Origin: Eledone cirrhosa
Lineage: Eukaryota
Assembly: GCA_964016885.1 (NCBI GenBank)
Contig: OZ024748.1
Span: 7,192,001 to 7,256,000, forward strand
Direction: 5' to 3'
DNA: 64,000 nt
Under the pieces are notes generated by a model, which was given only the letters and a program-made list of their open reading frames with translations, was not told the DNA's origin and did not search any database. Shown in pieces: positions 14,941 through 30,146 of the stretch. The position numbers were made by a program, and so were the translations under genes. The stretch's first letter is position 1. The number at the start of each line of letters is the position of its first letter.

Positions 14941-15440
14941 TATATCTATCTATCTATCTAAGGCGGGTAAAATTCCCGAGATCCATGGACGAGCTCTCTC
15001 CAGCGGTCTCTGTCCCTCATTATCGCTGCCATATCCTGCATCTCCAACAGACCAGTGTCTGTCCTTAGGGCATCAACATATGTTGACCTTGGTCTTCCTC
15101 TTCTAGTGTGTCCATGTAGGGGCTCCCAAAGGAGCACTGAGTGCAATGTCAACTCTGGATGTCGGTGAGCATGTCCAGCCAACCTCAGTCTTCTCTGTGT
15201 CACTTTTGAGCTGACTTTTGGGATGCTCCCATACAGCTCTGAGTTTTTCATCCTCAGTGTATACTGATTAATGTTCAGAGCCATCCTCAGCATTCTCGTG
15301 TAGCACCCTTCCACCATCTGAGTGAGTCTCTTGGTCAGTGTCCAAGTCTCAGACCCACACAGCAGCACAGACTCCACTACAGCAATGAAGAGGCGGACCT
15401 TTAGGTCTCTACGAAGGTCCGACTTCCACACCGATCCCAT
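14941..15440 (-). mobile_element. 5'-truncated RTE-type LINE fragment (C-terminal ORF, (TAGA)n tail)
   Basis: ORF 14958-15440 contains KVRLFIAVVESVLLCGSETWTL, RRLRLAGHAHR and RRGRPR, typical of the RTE post-RT region. The stop codon runs into a tetranucleotide tail. Confidence 0.88.
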
Positions 15441-15473
15441 ATATATATATAAATATATATATATATGTATATA

Positions 15474-15507
<34 letters not shown>

Positions 15508-15522
15508 CAATTATTAAATATA

Positions 15523-15561
<39 letters not shown>

Positions 15562-16114
15562 ATGCCGTTGTTAATTAATAAATAAATTAACTAATACCTT
15601 AGCACTTCACACAAAGTAAAATATTTTGTTTTAAACATTTTCTAACCCAGAAAAAATAGAAAAAATAAAAGGAAAAAAATATTTTTTTCTACCTAACAAT
15701 CGTCTTTTTCTCCCTATTTTCATGTATATATATATACGCACACAATCATGTATGTATATAAATAAAGTTGTATATGAGTATATATAAAAAACGATACATA
15801 CACACACACACACATTTGTGTGTATGTAACTCATATTTCCATATTTGGGAGGTCCTCTTCAACAGGTTTTATATATTCCCACCAATGAAGATTTTATATA
15901 TATTTCCATCATTTAAAACCTCTAAATCTCCTTTCCATCTTCCATTACTCCACAACCCTACATCCCTACATCCCAACATCCCAACATCCCTACATCCCTA
16001 CATCACTTATCTACTTCTTTCATCCTTCAACATTTAAACGAAGAATTAAAAAAATAAATAGACGAATAAATTAAATATTAGCTATCATGGGATTTGAGTT
16101 ATTATTAATATTAT

Positions 16115-16150
<36 letters not shown>

Positions 16151-16263
16151 CATGTATTTTCCAACAGTCCTCCTATTCAACCTCATCCGAACATTCCCCT
16201 ATTTATTTTACCATTATGGCATAAGGGAACGATTAAAACATGTTGATTATTGGTGGTATATGT

Positions 16264-16303
<40 letters not shown>

Positions 16304-16316
16304 GAATATATATATA

Positions 16317-16347
<31 letters not shown>

Positions 16348-16381
16348 GTGAGACAGACAGACAGTAATGAGTGAGAGAATT

Positions 16382-16453
<72 letters not shown>

Positions 16454-17130
16454 GGGGGGGGGGGCATGTGTCCAAGGCAAAAAGGGTTGGCCTGCGTTGG
16501 TCAAAGAAACTCATATTTTGAAGAAGACGAGTGGCCAATCTTGAAAGGTCGGCATTTCCTTCTTGCCGACATCACATAAAACCTGTCTAAATTTACTGCC
16601 CTACTCTCTTTAATAGAATCTATTGAGGAAACGTCACTGAGACTTGGAGGAGCTCAACTCTGCTAGAGATGGCACAGAACGATATAACAGATGGTGTGAT
16701 GTTATTTCTAGGAATTTGTTGTAGAACATGTGAAGAGGAATGACAGAAACATGAAGAACTCAGTAACACGATAGTATGGTGGACAATTATAAAAACACAC
16801 CGATGACAGAATAGAGTAGTGTAGAAGAGTTAAAGAGAAAACGGATAGTATCTGCTTCCATAATTCTTCCAATGTAGGCGGTGATATAGTCCATCAAATG
16901 CCGGGATGCTGTAGTGCTGGTTATGATGGTGTAGGTGGATGTGGTGACATTTAAAGAAATATGGTTCATTACTACCAAGATATCTTGTGTTACGAGGGCC
17001 GGATTAAGACATTTTGAGGCCTTTAAGCATTAAAAAATATTAAGAGTCGGCTGAAGAGTTCATAGGCTGACTATGAAGGAGTGATGTGAGAGCTGTGAAA
17101 TCTTGCATGCATTAATTTCTACTCTTCTTA

Positions 17131-17182
<52 letters not shown>

Positions 17183-17222
17183 TTCAAAATATTAACAAAA
17201 TAGATATTCTTGTAATCAATTA

Positions 17223-17289
17223 TATTTTATTATACATATTTCAGAGGTACTGAAATAAGTTCAACAGTACGTTCTCGTCAGATGAAATA
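17223..17289 (-). ncRNA. Type I minimal hammerhead ribozyme (family H1 variant)
   Basis: UAUUUCAU-CUGACGA-GA..GUACUG/CAGUAC..UCU-GAAA-U-AUGU-AUA^AUAAAAUA. Stem II has a different sequence but still pairs. Confidence 0.65.
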
Positions 17290-17470
17290 AGATGATGCAT
17301 GACATACCCTGAAATATGTATAATAAAATATAATTGATCACAAGAATATCTATTTTGTTAATATTTTGAATTAATATTAATAACTCTGGGAAACCTTTTT
17401 ATCAGTTGAGTGCTTCCAATCTATTGTAAAACTCATTCTTTGATGTATTCATTGAACCTTGTTTAACTTT

Positions 17471-17507
<37 letters not shown>

Positions 17508-17545
17508 CTGTGTGTGTGGTGTGTGTGTGTGTGTGTAATATTATC

Positions 17546-17682
17546 AATAATAATTGTTTCTACTTTTGGCACAAGGCCAGCAATTTAGTTAACTTTGCCT
17601 TTCATCCTTACGGGGTCGATAAAATAAAGCACCAGTAATAAAGTGGCTAATTGTTGGCCTTGTGCCAAAAGTAGAAACAATT

Positions 17683-17698
<16 letters not shown>
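17546..17698. mobile_element. SINE A 3' half (+) fused to an inverted SINE A 3' tip (-)
   Basis: 17546-17585 is the reverse complement of ~17649-17688. Confidence 0.85.
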
Positions 17699-17746
<48 letters not shown>

Positions 17747-18146
17747 TTCAGAAGTGAATGATGAATTTCTAATTTCCTATCAAAATATCTAATGACAGAG
17801 TTTTAACGAAATAAATTATGTTTCCAAAGACATTTACGGCTGAAATAATTACACAATGAATTTAATATTTGTTCCTTCAAGAAATTCTGATTTCCTAACA
17901 AATATATATTAGAAATACATCTGCTTCTTCTGTTTAGAGAACGAAAGATCGCGAAACTTCCAAATTTCTGAGACAATTAACACAAACTAGCGACCTCATC
18001 GACAAGAGAAAATAAACATAACATTGAAATATATTGAGTGTCACGTGAGGAGATATTGTTTTCAATGTGTCACATATATCTATTTAATTGTTTAGATTGT
18101 GATACTTTACATTGCAGCCGTCTCGTCATTGATACACTTTGAAAAA

Positions 18147-18271
<125 letters not shown>

Positions 18272-18651
18272 CTCGCTCACTCTCTCTCTCTCTCTGAAGA
18301 TCATGGTGACGTGAAACCCAAGTTATGATAAAGAAATGTCCGTTTAAATAAAACATACACGATACAATACACCTTTCATTCATTGATCAAAGCTAACGTT
18401 TCGACCACTACTCAAGCTCGTTCCTCAGACTGACGTTCTGACGTTCTGATTTTACGGAGGAGCTCGGCTGTACAGGGTACGACGACGGCAAAGGTCTCGA
18501 CGTTGACCGGTGCAAAGAGGAAGCGGCCGGAGGAGACCCGGTATTTCACTTTTCAAATTGATTCCAATTTTTTTTTAATATGTACTTGCCATAGTCATTA
18601 TTTGACTCCTATGTACAGAGCAGATGCTAAAACTGAAGAGAAAATATTTGT

Positions 18652-19017
18652 TCTTCATCTTCGCCCACTTATTCCTGAGAGGGTCGTGGGGGCAGAGTCC
18701 TCAAATACTCCTTCCAGTTGGTCCTGTGAGAAACAAATATCTCCAACTGATCCAGTTGAATCCCCAAGCGAGACCAACCATCTTGCTCGGGGTCTACCGC
18801 TGGGTCTCTTGCCAGTAGGTTTTGCCCGTAAAAATCTGTCCAGCGATTCTTTCCTGAGATATTCTAACCACAAGCCCATTGTATTGGAGCTGTGATCATT
18901 CAATTCGGAGAAGTAGCAGCTCTACCCGGAGTGACTCTGATCTCCGAGCTACAAATCTCTCCAGTGATTCTTTCCTGAGACATTATAACCACATGCCTAT
19001 AGTATCTGAGCTGTGAT
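18652..19017 (-). mobile_element. Degenerate RTE LINE 3' fragment with a partial internal duplication
   Basis: Frameshifted translation VVRISQERIAGQI / RAKPTGKRPSGRPRARW. 18953-19017 repeats 18833-18897. Confidence 0.75.
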
Positions 19018-19713
19018 ATCTCAAATAGTTATTTTATAAATATAAGATATCTCTCCAGCAATAAAATAGACAAGTATTTCATAAGTCAAGTATAGATTAT
19101 CTATGATCTAAGGAGTTTATGTTTCACACAAGTTTCCAACATAATGATAATTATCATCTAAATAACAGTGTAGTCTTTCTGTTACTACCATAACCACTTT
19201 AAAGAATTCTCTCTGAGCCAACCTGTACTGATATATTCACAGTCCTTCTTCTTAATCAACAACACTTGGTATATCAAGTACGTAAATATAACTAACGTTA
19301 TCCCTCTAAATCACTGAAAGTCATCTGCCTATCATATTTATCTAGACATGTGTTATACTCCTCAGGTAAAAGTGAGGATACCTTGTTAACTATCTTATCT
19401 TAATTACTTGTTAAGTATTCGTCTACAAACGAGAGAGATTAGTCAGTAACTAGTAACTAGTAACATTTGATTATATTAACATAACTCGTTAACTTATATA
19501 AATGTGTATATGTATATATATTATATATGTGTTTATATATATTATATATGCGTATGTGTGTGTATACATTTATGTAAGATCGTATGTATGTATGACGGTT
19601 TGTAAGTATGTAATTATGTTTGTATAGATCGACATGAAGCTATGGTAATATGGCCAAGATGTTACTTGAACCCGTGACCTAATGACTGCAAATGTATCAG
19701 CCTTGATGCTTAC

Positions 19714-19831
19714 AATAGTTGTTTCTACTTTAGGCACAAGGCCAGCAATTACTCAGTGCATTACTGGTACTTTATTTTATCGACCCCGTAAGGATGATAG
19801 GCAAAGTTAACCTCGGCGGGATGTGAACTCA
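19714..19831 (-). mobile_element. 5'-truncated SINE A
   Basis: Family match; tacaata lies on both flanks. Confidence 0.85.
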
Positions 19832-19992
19832 TACAATAATATGAATCAAACAGACGATGTTACAATATCCCGAGCAGCTTGGAACCATTAATTTCGATAA
19901 CAATAACCACTTAGTAACATTATCCACTCACACACATACATAACACAATACAGATAAAGACTTTGATAGCTACATTAATTATAGTCTAGCTA

Positions 19993-20175
19993 TGGATTGG
20001 CAGTATTGGTAGAGGTTCGCACGCCATGCTTTGCAGCATAGAGTTACGGCCCTTTATGGTCTGAGTTCAAATTTCGCCGAGGTTAACTTTGCCTTTCATC
20101 CTTACGGGGTCGATAAAATAAAGTACCAGTAATACACTGTGATAATTGCTGGCCTTGTGCCAAAAGTAGAAATAA
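19993..20175 (+). mobile_element. SINE A with 19-bp TSD
   Basis: TSD attaattata(g/t)tctagcta at 19974-19992 and 20175-20193. Confidence 0.92.
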
Positions 20176-20633
20176 TTAATTATATTCTAGCTATACTTCA
20201 CAGCATATTTCTTGTTTGATTTTGCAGGTTTAAAGGATATTATAATTACAGTTTTCAATGTTGATATTATAATTACAGTTTTCAATGTTGGTATTAGTTT
20301 ATAAAATAGTTTATAATTACTACAAACCACAAAGAAAAACTAATAACAAAAAGAAATCCTGTAGGAATAATTAGAAGACAATTAAATATTGATACAATCT
20401 ATTGTATTTATAGATGTAAAATATAACAAAGTGATGGGTAGTCGTTGATATGTGTGTCTCTAAACAATATGATCAACATATGATAAAGACATCTCTCTCA
20501 GACATTCACTTCATGTCTACCCCTCCCCTCCCCCTCTCGCTCTCGCTCTCGCTCTCTCTATATATATATATATGTATCTATCTATCTAACTCCGTGTCTA
20601 TCTTTATATTTGATTATTTTTTTGCAACACACG

Positions 20634-20711
<78 letters not shown>

Positions 20712-20809
20712 AATAGACAGATATACGTATGTATGTATATATGTGTGCGAGTGTGTGTGTACATATATCCACATATGTATGCAGTTTTATAATTAAATAT
20801 GCTTTCAAT

Positions 20810-20873
<64 letters not shown>

Positions 20874-21258
20874 GTGTAATAAAATACTATCAAATCATAA
20901 ACTCTGCTATTGAACGGTTAAAAGAAATATTTCGAGTCAGGGAATGGTAAAATGGTAAAATGAATATAGCAAAATGGTTGAATAATTAATAAATAATTAA
21001 TCAATTATTAATAAATAATTAATAAACAATGTCAACATAAACAATACTGGTAGTAGGAAACTGGACATTGTGGGGTGTAAGATATAAATCACGGAATAAA
21101 CTTAATGCCAATAAAGAAATTATATTACCTAATTAAATTGCACACGTATAATTGTAATTATTTTTTGAAGATAATTAATTATCACTTGTTTACTGTATAT
21201 CTGTATTCATATATATATACATATATATACATACATATATATATATACATATATATAC

Positions 21259-21295
<37 letters not shown>

Positions 21296-21328
21296 CATAT
21301 ATATACATACATATATATATACATATAT

Positions 21329-21361
<33 letters not shown>

Positions 21362-21368
21362 GTGTGTG

Positions 21369-21399
<31 letters not shown>

Positions 21400-21644
21400 T
21401 TGTGTGTTTTATTTTTAAATAATTGTTTTGTTATGTGTTTATACATATTCATATATATATAAATACAAAACAAAATGTAATTATTTTACAATAAAACACC
21501 CATACACACATGTATATACATATACACATATATATATATATATACATACACACATGTATATACACATACATGCGTACATACATACATATGTACATACATA
21601 CATATGTATATACTATCATGTACCCGTAACAAAGTAGTAAAAAA

Positions 21645-21999
21645 AATTATTTCTACATTTGACACAAGACCAGGAATTTTGGAGCAGGGAAATGTCGATT
21701 AAATTTACCCCAGTGTATTACTGATATATTAGTTTATCGAGCCCGTAAGGTAAGACTAACTACTGCGAGATCTGAACTCAGAACGTAAACGGCCATAACT
21801 TTTTGCTGTAATAATTGTTTCTACTTTAGGCACAAGGCCAGCAATTACCCAGTGCATTACTGGTACTTTATTTCATCGACCCCGTAAGGATGAAAGGCAA
21901 AGTCAACCTCGGCGGGATTTGAACTCAGATCGTAAAGGGACGTAACTATGCTGGAAAGCATGGCGTCCGACCCTCCACCGATACTGCCAATCTGCCGCC
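21645..21999 (-). mobile_element. Full-length SINE A (21812-21999) inserted into an older SINE A-related copy
   Basis: 16-bp TSD tttttgctgtaataat at 21800-21815 and 22000-22015. The older diverged copy spans 21645-21808. Confidence 0.92.
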
Positions 22000-24178
22000 T
22001 TTTTGCTGTAATAATAATTAAGAATTAATTACAGTATTCTATGTAAAGATGTTTCTTCTTCTGTGTTTCATTCGTGAAGAAGCGATGGGCTCCGTTAAGT
22101 ATTAGTGTGAAGTATGTCACTATGGCGGCTCTAAGACTCCATCGGGAGTTACGGCTCCATCCACACATACATATTAATTTCACCGTTTCTCTTCAATCTA
22201 CGAAAAAATGCCCCAATTTTACATGTTTATGCTTCTATACTCAATGTATATATCCAATGTATATATTCAAAGTATATATTCAATGTACATACTCAATGTA
22301 TATACACAATGTATTGAATATATACATTGTGCATATACACAATGTATATATTCAATGTATATACACAACATATATACACAACATATATACACAATGTCAT
22401 ATTCAAGCTCTTTCTATCCTCTCTTACGGTTATTTTGTATTCAGTCCAAACAAAATCCGACCTTCAGATAACCAGACTAAATTTGAAATAGTATTCAATG
22501 TTTTGAGATTTTCATTTTTTAAATAAATTGAAAGGGTAATATTTGCGAATACATCAGATTTCCGCTTCACTAGAGTGGAAAAGAAAATATAATCTAAGCA
22601 TGATGGCGGTTACTTCGCATCAAAATAACATAACCCTTTCATATATATTACACTGACTCCCACTCTACGTCTCTGTTTTCTACCATGCTCTATCTCACTC
22701 GACCTATCTCTAATTTAAGAATCATTCCTTTTTGTTTTAAAATAGAAAATAAATTGACTATGATAACCAATATTGTAGATAAACATTGTATCTCAAATAT
22801 TCTCAATGGTTAGTTGATGGCAATTTTAGCGCAGTAGGCCTAGGACGTCACCTTCTTTAATACACCCCTCATCTTGCACAAACTAGTTACGTAGTCTCCA
22901 TGACACTTTTTGAACTCACAAAAATAATACCTAAATTCCCTCTTATCAAACCTTTCCATCTGTGTATATAAAGAAACGATGAAATGGACGAGGTAAGATG
23001 GCTTGGATGTAACAATTCTTTGGGAAACAACATTCTCGCTCAGTATGATTATTTTCAGCTTCCTTTTTAAAACAATTTATCCGAAATAAAGTGAACAAAT
23101 CTCATTGAACCTTTGATAAACCAAGACAAAGTTGCGTACAATGTTACTTGAATATAAATTGCTTACCTACGAATTTGTAATTTTAAAAATTCCTTCTTTC
23201 GGCACACGCTTATGTGCTTCCACTTTTTCGTTAGTATGAAAAGGTTTCTCCTAAATCTGCTCCCTTGTGCCTTCAGTTGCCTACACTTGGTCTCTCACTG
23301 GCCGTGTACTTTTTTCTTCTCCGGATATTTCATCGAATCTACAGAATTTCTGCATAAAATTGAAACCGGATTTCGTAACTCTATTGGCCAGGAAATTACA
23401 ACCTCATCCCTCTCCTCAACAGGATGGTGTACAGTTGCGGTAAAAACTACATATTGTTCGTAGTATCGGGAGAAATGACTGTAACATGCTTGTTCACTTA
23501 ATTTTGACATCCAACAGACTTCTCCTCAAACTCTCCCCCTTATGTTACCTTATATAGAACCTAGTCTAGACAGTGAACTACAGAGAAGGATATGGACGTT
23601 AGACATATCCCATGAGGAAAGAAAAAAAGGACTGGAATGGGAAATCAGACACAACAAACAAGATTAAATGTTCCTATATTGGAATCTTCATATAATAGAG
23701 TTTGCTGTTCTGGGAACCATATTCTATGTAGATTCCTGTGTTTGGTATCTCAGAAAGAACCATGTTAATTCTACGTATCGGTGTAAACGTTGTCAGTATG
23801 GAGTATTTTAGCTTAAATGTTTACTGACATGTTATGTTGTAGTAGCTCTGTTCTTAACATGGTTTGCTCTTTTATCGGGAAGCGGGAAAATCCCTAATTC
23901 CGATCAATAGATGGAATATAACAATGTAACATTGATAGAAGGATCCAAACTATATCGCATTATCGCGTTTTTTTTTTTGTTTTTTTGCAGAACTGACCGA
24001 ATTAGCGTGGAAATATGAAGAAAGGGGAGATAAAGGGATGGAGTAGAAAACTGTGGAGTGGAGGGATAGAGAAGGATAGAGCTGAGATGTGAAAGAGAAA
24101 GAAATATAGAGAGAGTGTGAGAGGGAGAGAGAGAATGTGTGTGTGTTGTGTGTGAAAGAGAGAGAGAGGGGGGCAGAT

Positions 24179-24212
<34 letters not shown>

Positions 24213-24275
24213 CGTTAGTAAGGTTTGGGATAGAGGAGTTAGTGGGGTTGGTGGAAAAGCAGAAAAGAAAAAAAA

Positions 24276-24306
<31 letters not shown>

Positions 24307-24495
24307 AAGAGTGAAATAGCTTTTATTCAAAACACTGCATCTAGGTGTATAGCGAGAGTTTTGTATGTATATATATATATATATGTTTATGAACACACAC
24401 AAACATATATATATATATATATATACTACCCAAGAAAATTCAACTCACAAGGTATGATTTCCTTGGCTATGTCAAAATTTATAAAACACTCTTTG

Positions 24496-24558
24496 TATTT
24501 TATCTGATGAAACCGTACCAATGTTTTTTGGTTCCCTTGAAATATATATAATAGAATA
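24496..24558 (+). ncRNA. Type I minimal hammerhead ribozyme (family H1)
   Basis: UAUUUUAU-CUGAUGA-AA..ACCAA/UUGGU..UU-GAAA-U-AUAU-AUA^AUAGAAUA. Stem I is 8 bp with one G-U; loop 3 is palindromic. Confidence 0.7.
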
Positions 24559-24759
24559 AATATAGTTTCCATTTATTTAATATCATTGAATATTTACTCC
24601 AGAAAACTGTCGAGTGCTCTGAAACAGTTATAAACATTTATATTTGTTGTATTTCCAACAAATTAAATATCCCTTTTACTTATATATATATATATATATA
24701 CACATATATATATATATATGTATATATATCATAATCTATAATATATATATACATATATG

Positions 24760-24816
<57 letters not shown>

Positions 24817-24818
24817 TG

Positions 24819-24869
<51 letters not shown>

Positions 24870-25117
24870 TGATAATACGTTATCCCTCAGCTAAAGTCTT
24901 GCTGCTGGAGATCTGAAACTTCTTGTTTTTCTCCATCCAACTTTCTCAAAATATTGGCGGGAAATTAGCCTGAATTAATGTCGGAGGATAAAAACTAATT
25001 AACTTCACCAGTTGAACTCAGATAATGATCTACGTTAGAGATGTTTTTGTATCGATTAATGATCTATAGAGATAAAATAATGATAGAGTATTATTCTTCA
25101 CCCTCACCTCTCCCATG

Positions 25118-25151
<34 letters not shown>

Positions 25152-25200
25152 TTATCTCTGCTTCTCTTTCTCTCTTTTCTTTTCTTACTTGTCACCAATT

Positions 25201-25260
<60 letters not shown>

Positions 25261-25300
25261 CCATACACACTTACAGGCACACACATATATACACACACAC

Positions 25301-25342
<42 letters not shown>

Positions 25343-25811
25343 GTGTGCATGTGTGTAATAACTGACTGAAAAGTATTTCAGAAAGCCGGTACAATATCGG
25401 AAGCTATATATAAAAAAAAGGCAACCGATAACAAATAAAAGAAAACAAACTAATATTTCAGCATAATATTTCGGGGTTATAACTCCCTTTACAAATCTTA
25501 AAACAAGAACGGTGCAAAACACAACGATCGATCTCTGTGTTCTTATGTATCATAAACCAGTTGGGGAAGAAAACATTTCTCTGTCAAACATATTGAAACG
25601 GATATTTTATACTCATAAACTTAGGACTGCCATTGCAGAGCAACTCAGTTAGTTGAAGCTACTGTCCTCATAAAAAGACCAGATTTTATGTCTTGCATAT
25701 ATACATTCCAGTTTTTTTACATGGTTTCTTAAGCCGTATGCTTTTTTTAAACGCTAACCACTTTGTAGAGTGTTCTAGGTGTACCTTTTCATGGCAACTG
25801 CATGGAGGGTT

Positions 25812-25857
<46 letters not shown>

Positions 25858-26826
25858 TAATACGATATATATTCAAAGAGGGACACCATATATCGAATAG
25901 AAAATTCTTTGGTTGTAAAGATTATTACTGAGTAAATATGTAGATGTTTGGGTGATGAGATAAAAACTTAGGAGGGTGAAACCTTTTGAGAGAGAAATAC
26001 ATTGATTATAATGGTTGTTTGTAAAGCACGTACAACTAATTCTTAGTCAACTCACCATACTCATTCTCTCTCCCAAACAAACACATCCTCTCTTTCTTCT
26101 ACATCGAATTAAGTCTGTGAACCTGAACAGCTGTAAGCAAAACTCTGACATCTTATGAACCTAACTGGTTACTGGCTTACTGATACATTGGACTATGTTG
26201 GAATATATTGGAATATTCTATTGGAGAACTACAATAGAGAGTAGTCTCTAACATCTAAAAGATAAATGAGTTAAACTCTCACACACACCTGCATCCATGT
26301 ATATATATATATATATATATAAGCTATATATATATAAGCTATATATATATATATATATATAAGCTATATATATATATGGGAATAATGTAGTTAATACGAA
26401 AATGTAGTAAGCCGGTAAAATGTGGTAAAAAAACGTACTTTTCTACCGCTTAAAAAAGATCGGTGTTTTACTATATATATATATATGTATGTGTGTATAT
26501 ATGTGCCTGCGTGTATGTGTGTGGCTGTGTGTGTATATGTGTGTATGTCGTTTCTACATTGATCAGCTGTTTCGAGAGAGAGAGAAACAGAGAGGTAGAG
26601 AGAACGCGTTAGAGAGAGAGAGCGTGGGAGACAGTGGTAGGAAAATAGAGAGGAAGAGAGAGAGAAAATGAAAGAGGGGAGAGAAAGCATGAAAGGAACA
26701 GAGAGAGAGAGAGAGAGATCAGATTATTGTTCTTTCGTTTTCCCCAATGTAGAGGAGATAAAGATCAAAACGTCGATTGAGAATTATACAGTTGCCTATT
26801 GTAATAGACTGGTGGAACACTGGATA

Positions 26827-26858
<32 letters not shown>

Positions 26859-26997
26859 GTACAGATACACACACACACACATACACGTATACACACACAC
26901 ACATACATATATGTATATACACATATACATTCACTCAGACACACACGTATATAAACATGTATATATATATATATGTATACGTGCGTGTGTGTGTGTA

Positions 26998-27064
<67 letters not shown>

Positions 27065-27224
27065 TATATATAGTTCATAAATGAAACAAACAAAACACAG
27101 GAGGCAAATTTACACAGATATATTAGTTTCAAGCTTGGAGGAGGTAGAGGAGGTTTCAACGTTTCTGACAGACGTCTTTCTTTATAAAAGTGCGAATAAG
27201 AAGGGAACAGATAGACGTAAGAGC

Positions 27225-27412
27225 ACTTGGTTCTACTTTTGGCAGAAGTCAATCAATTATCCCAGTGTATTACTGGAGCTTTATCGTATCGATCCTCTTA
27301 AGGATGAAAGGGAAATCTAACCTCGGCGTGATTTTATCTCGAACTCAGAACGTAAAGGGCCATAACTATGCTGCAAAGCCTAATGTCTGATGCTCTACTG
27401 ATTATTGCCATT
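27225..27412 (-). mobile_element. Diverged SINE A
   Basis: Family match with many substitutions. Confidence 0.75.
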
Positions 27413-27921
27413 CCGAGTACTGTGAGAAAGTTAGGGAAGGAAGTTAAAAAAAAAATAGCTATATATTTATATATTTTAACATTTACGCTTTCACACAATT
27501 AGACATGGTAATATGTGTTGTTTTTTAGAAACGGAATCATTGAATGCTATTTGGTTCTGGGGAATGTTTTGTATTTGGTAAATATTCTGATCTGGACAAG
27601 TCTACCGCAATCTATATAATAGAATCTGATGATATGAAATATCGGACAAGTCATAGACCTTCTGTTAAAACACAGATGGATCAAACTGGGCTACTAATCA
27701 TACAACTTGCTTGTTCACTCATTCAATTAGGTCTGCTGCGGCTTTCAGCCATTTTAAAACTTTCTATCTCCCTCTTCCTGGTCTTTTCCCTATCTCTCCA
27801 CAGCCATCTTTTTCTGGTTGAAACACACCAAACACATACGCACACCACTCAAAAACATATATATATACACACACACACACACATATATATATACACACAC
27901 ACACATATATATATACACACA

Positions 27922-28033
<112 letters not shown>

Positions 28034-29329
28034 CTGTATTTTCAGGGATTAACTTACGACGAAAATAGATGTTTGTGTTGTTCGTTTGTTTGTTTCCGAG
28101 AGTACGCGCGTGTTTAAATTCCTTCAATCAATATTTAAATTCTCTCTCTCTCTCTTTATATATATATATATATATATAAAATGTAAACATAAATAACAAC
28201 GCAATCGGTACAGTATATGGAAGGGATATATTAGGTTAACGCTTGATATAGCAGGAAGAGGTTGTTTTTTTTCAGGGGAGGTAAGAAAGAAAATAAGCTG
28301 TGGTTGAAAGAACAATATTAAGCTGTAGGGAAAGTTTCATCTCTGCTAACATGTCTTAATGAATGAGTCAACAAAGAATGCAGCACTCTAACTCTGTAAA
28401 GTGTACAATCTGATCGTTTACACTGATAGAACGGATATCGAGTGGTCAGCAATGTAGAAGATGGCTTGATTAGATGTGGTTATATGGCGGAGGGATGATG
28501 GGAAGGGGAACAAGGGCAGATAACATTGGAAATAAAATAATAACAACAAATAAAGAATAAACAGAAAGGAAAACAGTAAAAACACCAACACCATCAACAA
28601 CAACACTATAAACATCACCAACACCAACAACACCAACACCAACACCACCAACAACTACACTATAAACCTCATCAACACGACCAACACCAACGTCCTCAAC
28701 ATCACCAACACTAACACCAACACCACCAAAAGCTACACCAATACCATCAACATTACCAACACCACCAGCACCACCAACACCAATAACAACACTCCCACCA
28801 CCACCTACAAGATCATCACCACCATCACAACCAAGAGCACCAACTCACTGTGGGCGATTTAATAGACTTTCTCTTTCTCTTCAAATTGCTGGCCTTGCGC
28901 CAGAAGTAAAACCAAATATCCTAGATTAATGTTATGTCAGTAGATTGGAAAAGTCATTAGAGTGTCTGGCAATTGTTTAACTGTATCGTTTCCGGTTCTT
29001 TACATTCTGTTATGTCAACTCGCTCAGGAGTGCTATTGGTAACATGTAACCCTGTACAACCGGTCACATAGTCAGGTCGTCAGCGTCTAAACCAGTCACG
29101 GGGAACCTGAATGAAGTCACCTAAGTGAAATCTTTCTGATTTTTTTTACCCCACCTTTTCAGTCGTAATTTATCTTTCTATCATTTTTACGATCGAGGAA
29201 AACAACGTGTACGAATTCTGAAGAAATAAATCAAAACAACCTGAGTTACCAGCCTTTTTCTTTTTAATGTGGGCACGAATGTAAATTAGCGCTTGTGGCC
29301 CGTCTGATGATGAGCCATATCTCATGCTT

Positions 29330-29700
29330 CTCAAAAAAGGTTGTCCATGCCTGGTCTGAACCAACAACCCCACCAAGTTTGCTTGGTAAAGAGGGTGATA
29401 CTTGGACACTCTGCAGGATGAAAAACATCCCATGAAAGGATACAGGACCTTAGGTAAATCGATGGCTATCTAAATGAATGTAAAAGAAAAGAAACCGATA
29501 GGCGGTTTATTAGTCTTTGTTGCCAGTCTAGAAGAAGGATCACTCTGAGTTTAAAACCGGGGTAGATGGGGTCCCTTAGCCACCTTGGTGACAACGTTTC
29601 AATTTGTCAACGGCTTCATCCTTTTGATGATGATGGATCAGCTGTGCTCAGAAGAGGATTCAGCATCCAGACTAGGCTAGGAGAAATATGGACGTACAGC
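29330..29700 (+). mobile_element. Possible decayed RTE 5'UTR segment
   Basis: ccagtctagaagaaggatcactctgagtttaaaacc at ~29523-29558 resembles a motif I recall from RTE 5'UTRs. Boundaries are uncertain. Confidence 0.35.
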
Positions 29701-29999
29701 ATCATATAGCTGAGAATTGGTGCAAATGTCCATGATCTCTGACCATAAGCAATGAGGATGTTCAAATATCGTCGATCTCAACTTTACCTTTCATCCTTCT
29801 GCGGTCGATAAAATAAAGTACCAGTCAAATACTGGCTGGATATAATCGAATTTCGTCTTCCCAGAAATCGTTGTAAATTAGAAATCCTTATCATAGAATG
29901 GTGGATTGTCAGTAGAATACTAAACTAATCGTAATTCGGCATTTAACAAGGGCCTTTTTTTTTCTTTCTCTAAGTGGAAATCTTATCTAGTCCAATTTA

Positions 30000-30146
30000 C
30001 CTCACAGTTCCGATACTATGAGCACGTGGTTAGAATGTCTCAGGAAAGAATCGCTGGACAGATTTTATAGACAAAACAGGAGACCCAGGGGGGTAGACGC
30101 TGAGCAAGAGAGTTGGATAACTTCCATGAGCTTGGTGGACGACCCT
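30000..30146 (+). mobile_element. Degenerate RTE LINE fragment, same family as the 18.7 kb copy
   Basis: Translates SQFRYYEHVVRMSQERIAGQIL. Shares gtggttagaatRtctcaggaaagaatcgctggacagatttt with the reverse complement of 18833-18872. Confidence 0.7.

Noticed and set aside
16991-17128. Possible DNA-transposon TIR fragments
   Set aside because: No partner inverted end is visible in the window, and the resemblance is from memory only.
21812-21999. SINE heads as tRNA genes
   Set aside because: A B-box is present but I can fold no complete cloverleaf, and the heads are attached to a SINE body, tail and TSD.
23167-23349. Minus-strand candidate exon with AG acceptor and GTAAG donor
   Set aside because: All three frames contain stops and no product is recognisable. 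A non-coding exon cannot be excluded.
29309-29335. CTGATGA motifs here and at 62165 and 10506 (minus) as hammerheads
   Set aside because: They have no properly placed GAAA, stem III or stem I.
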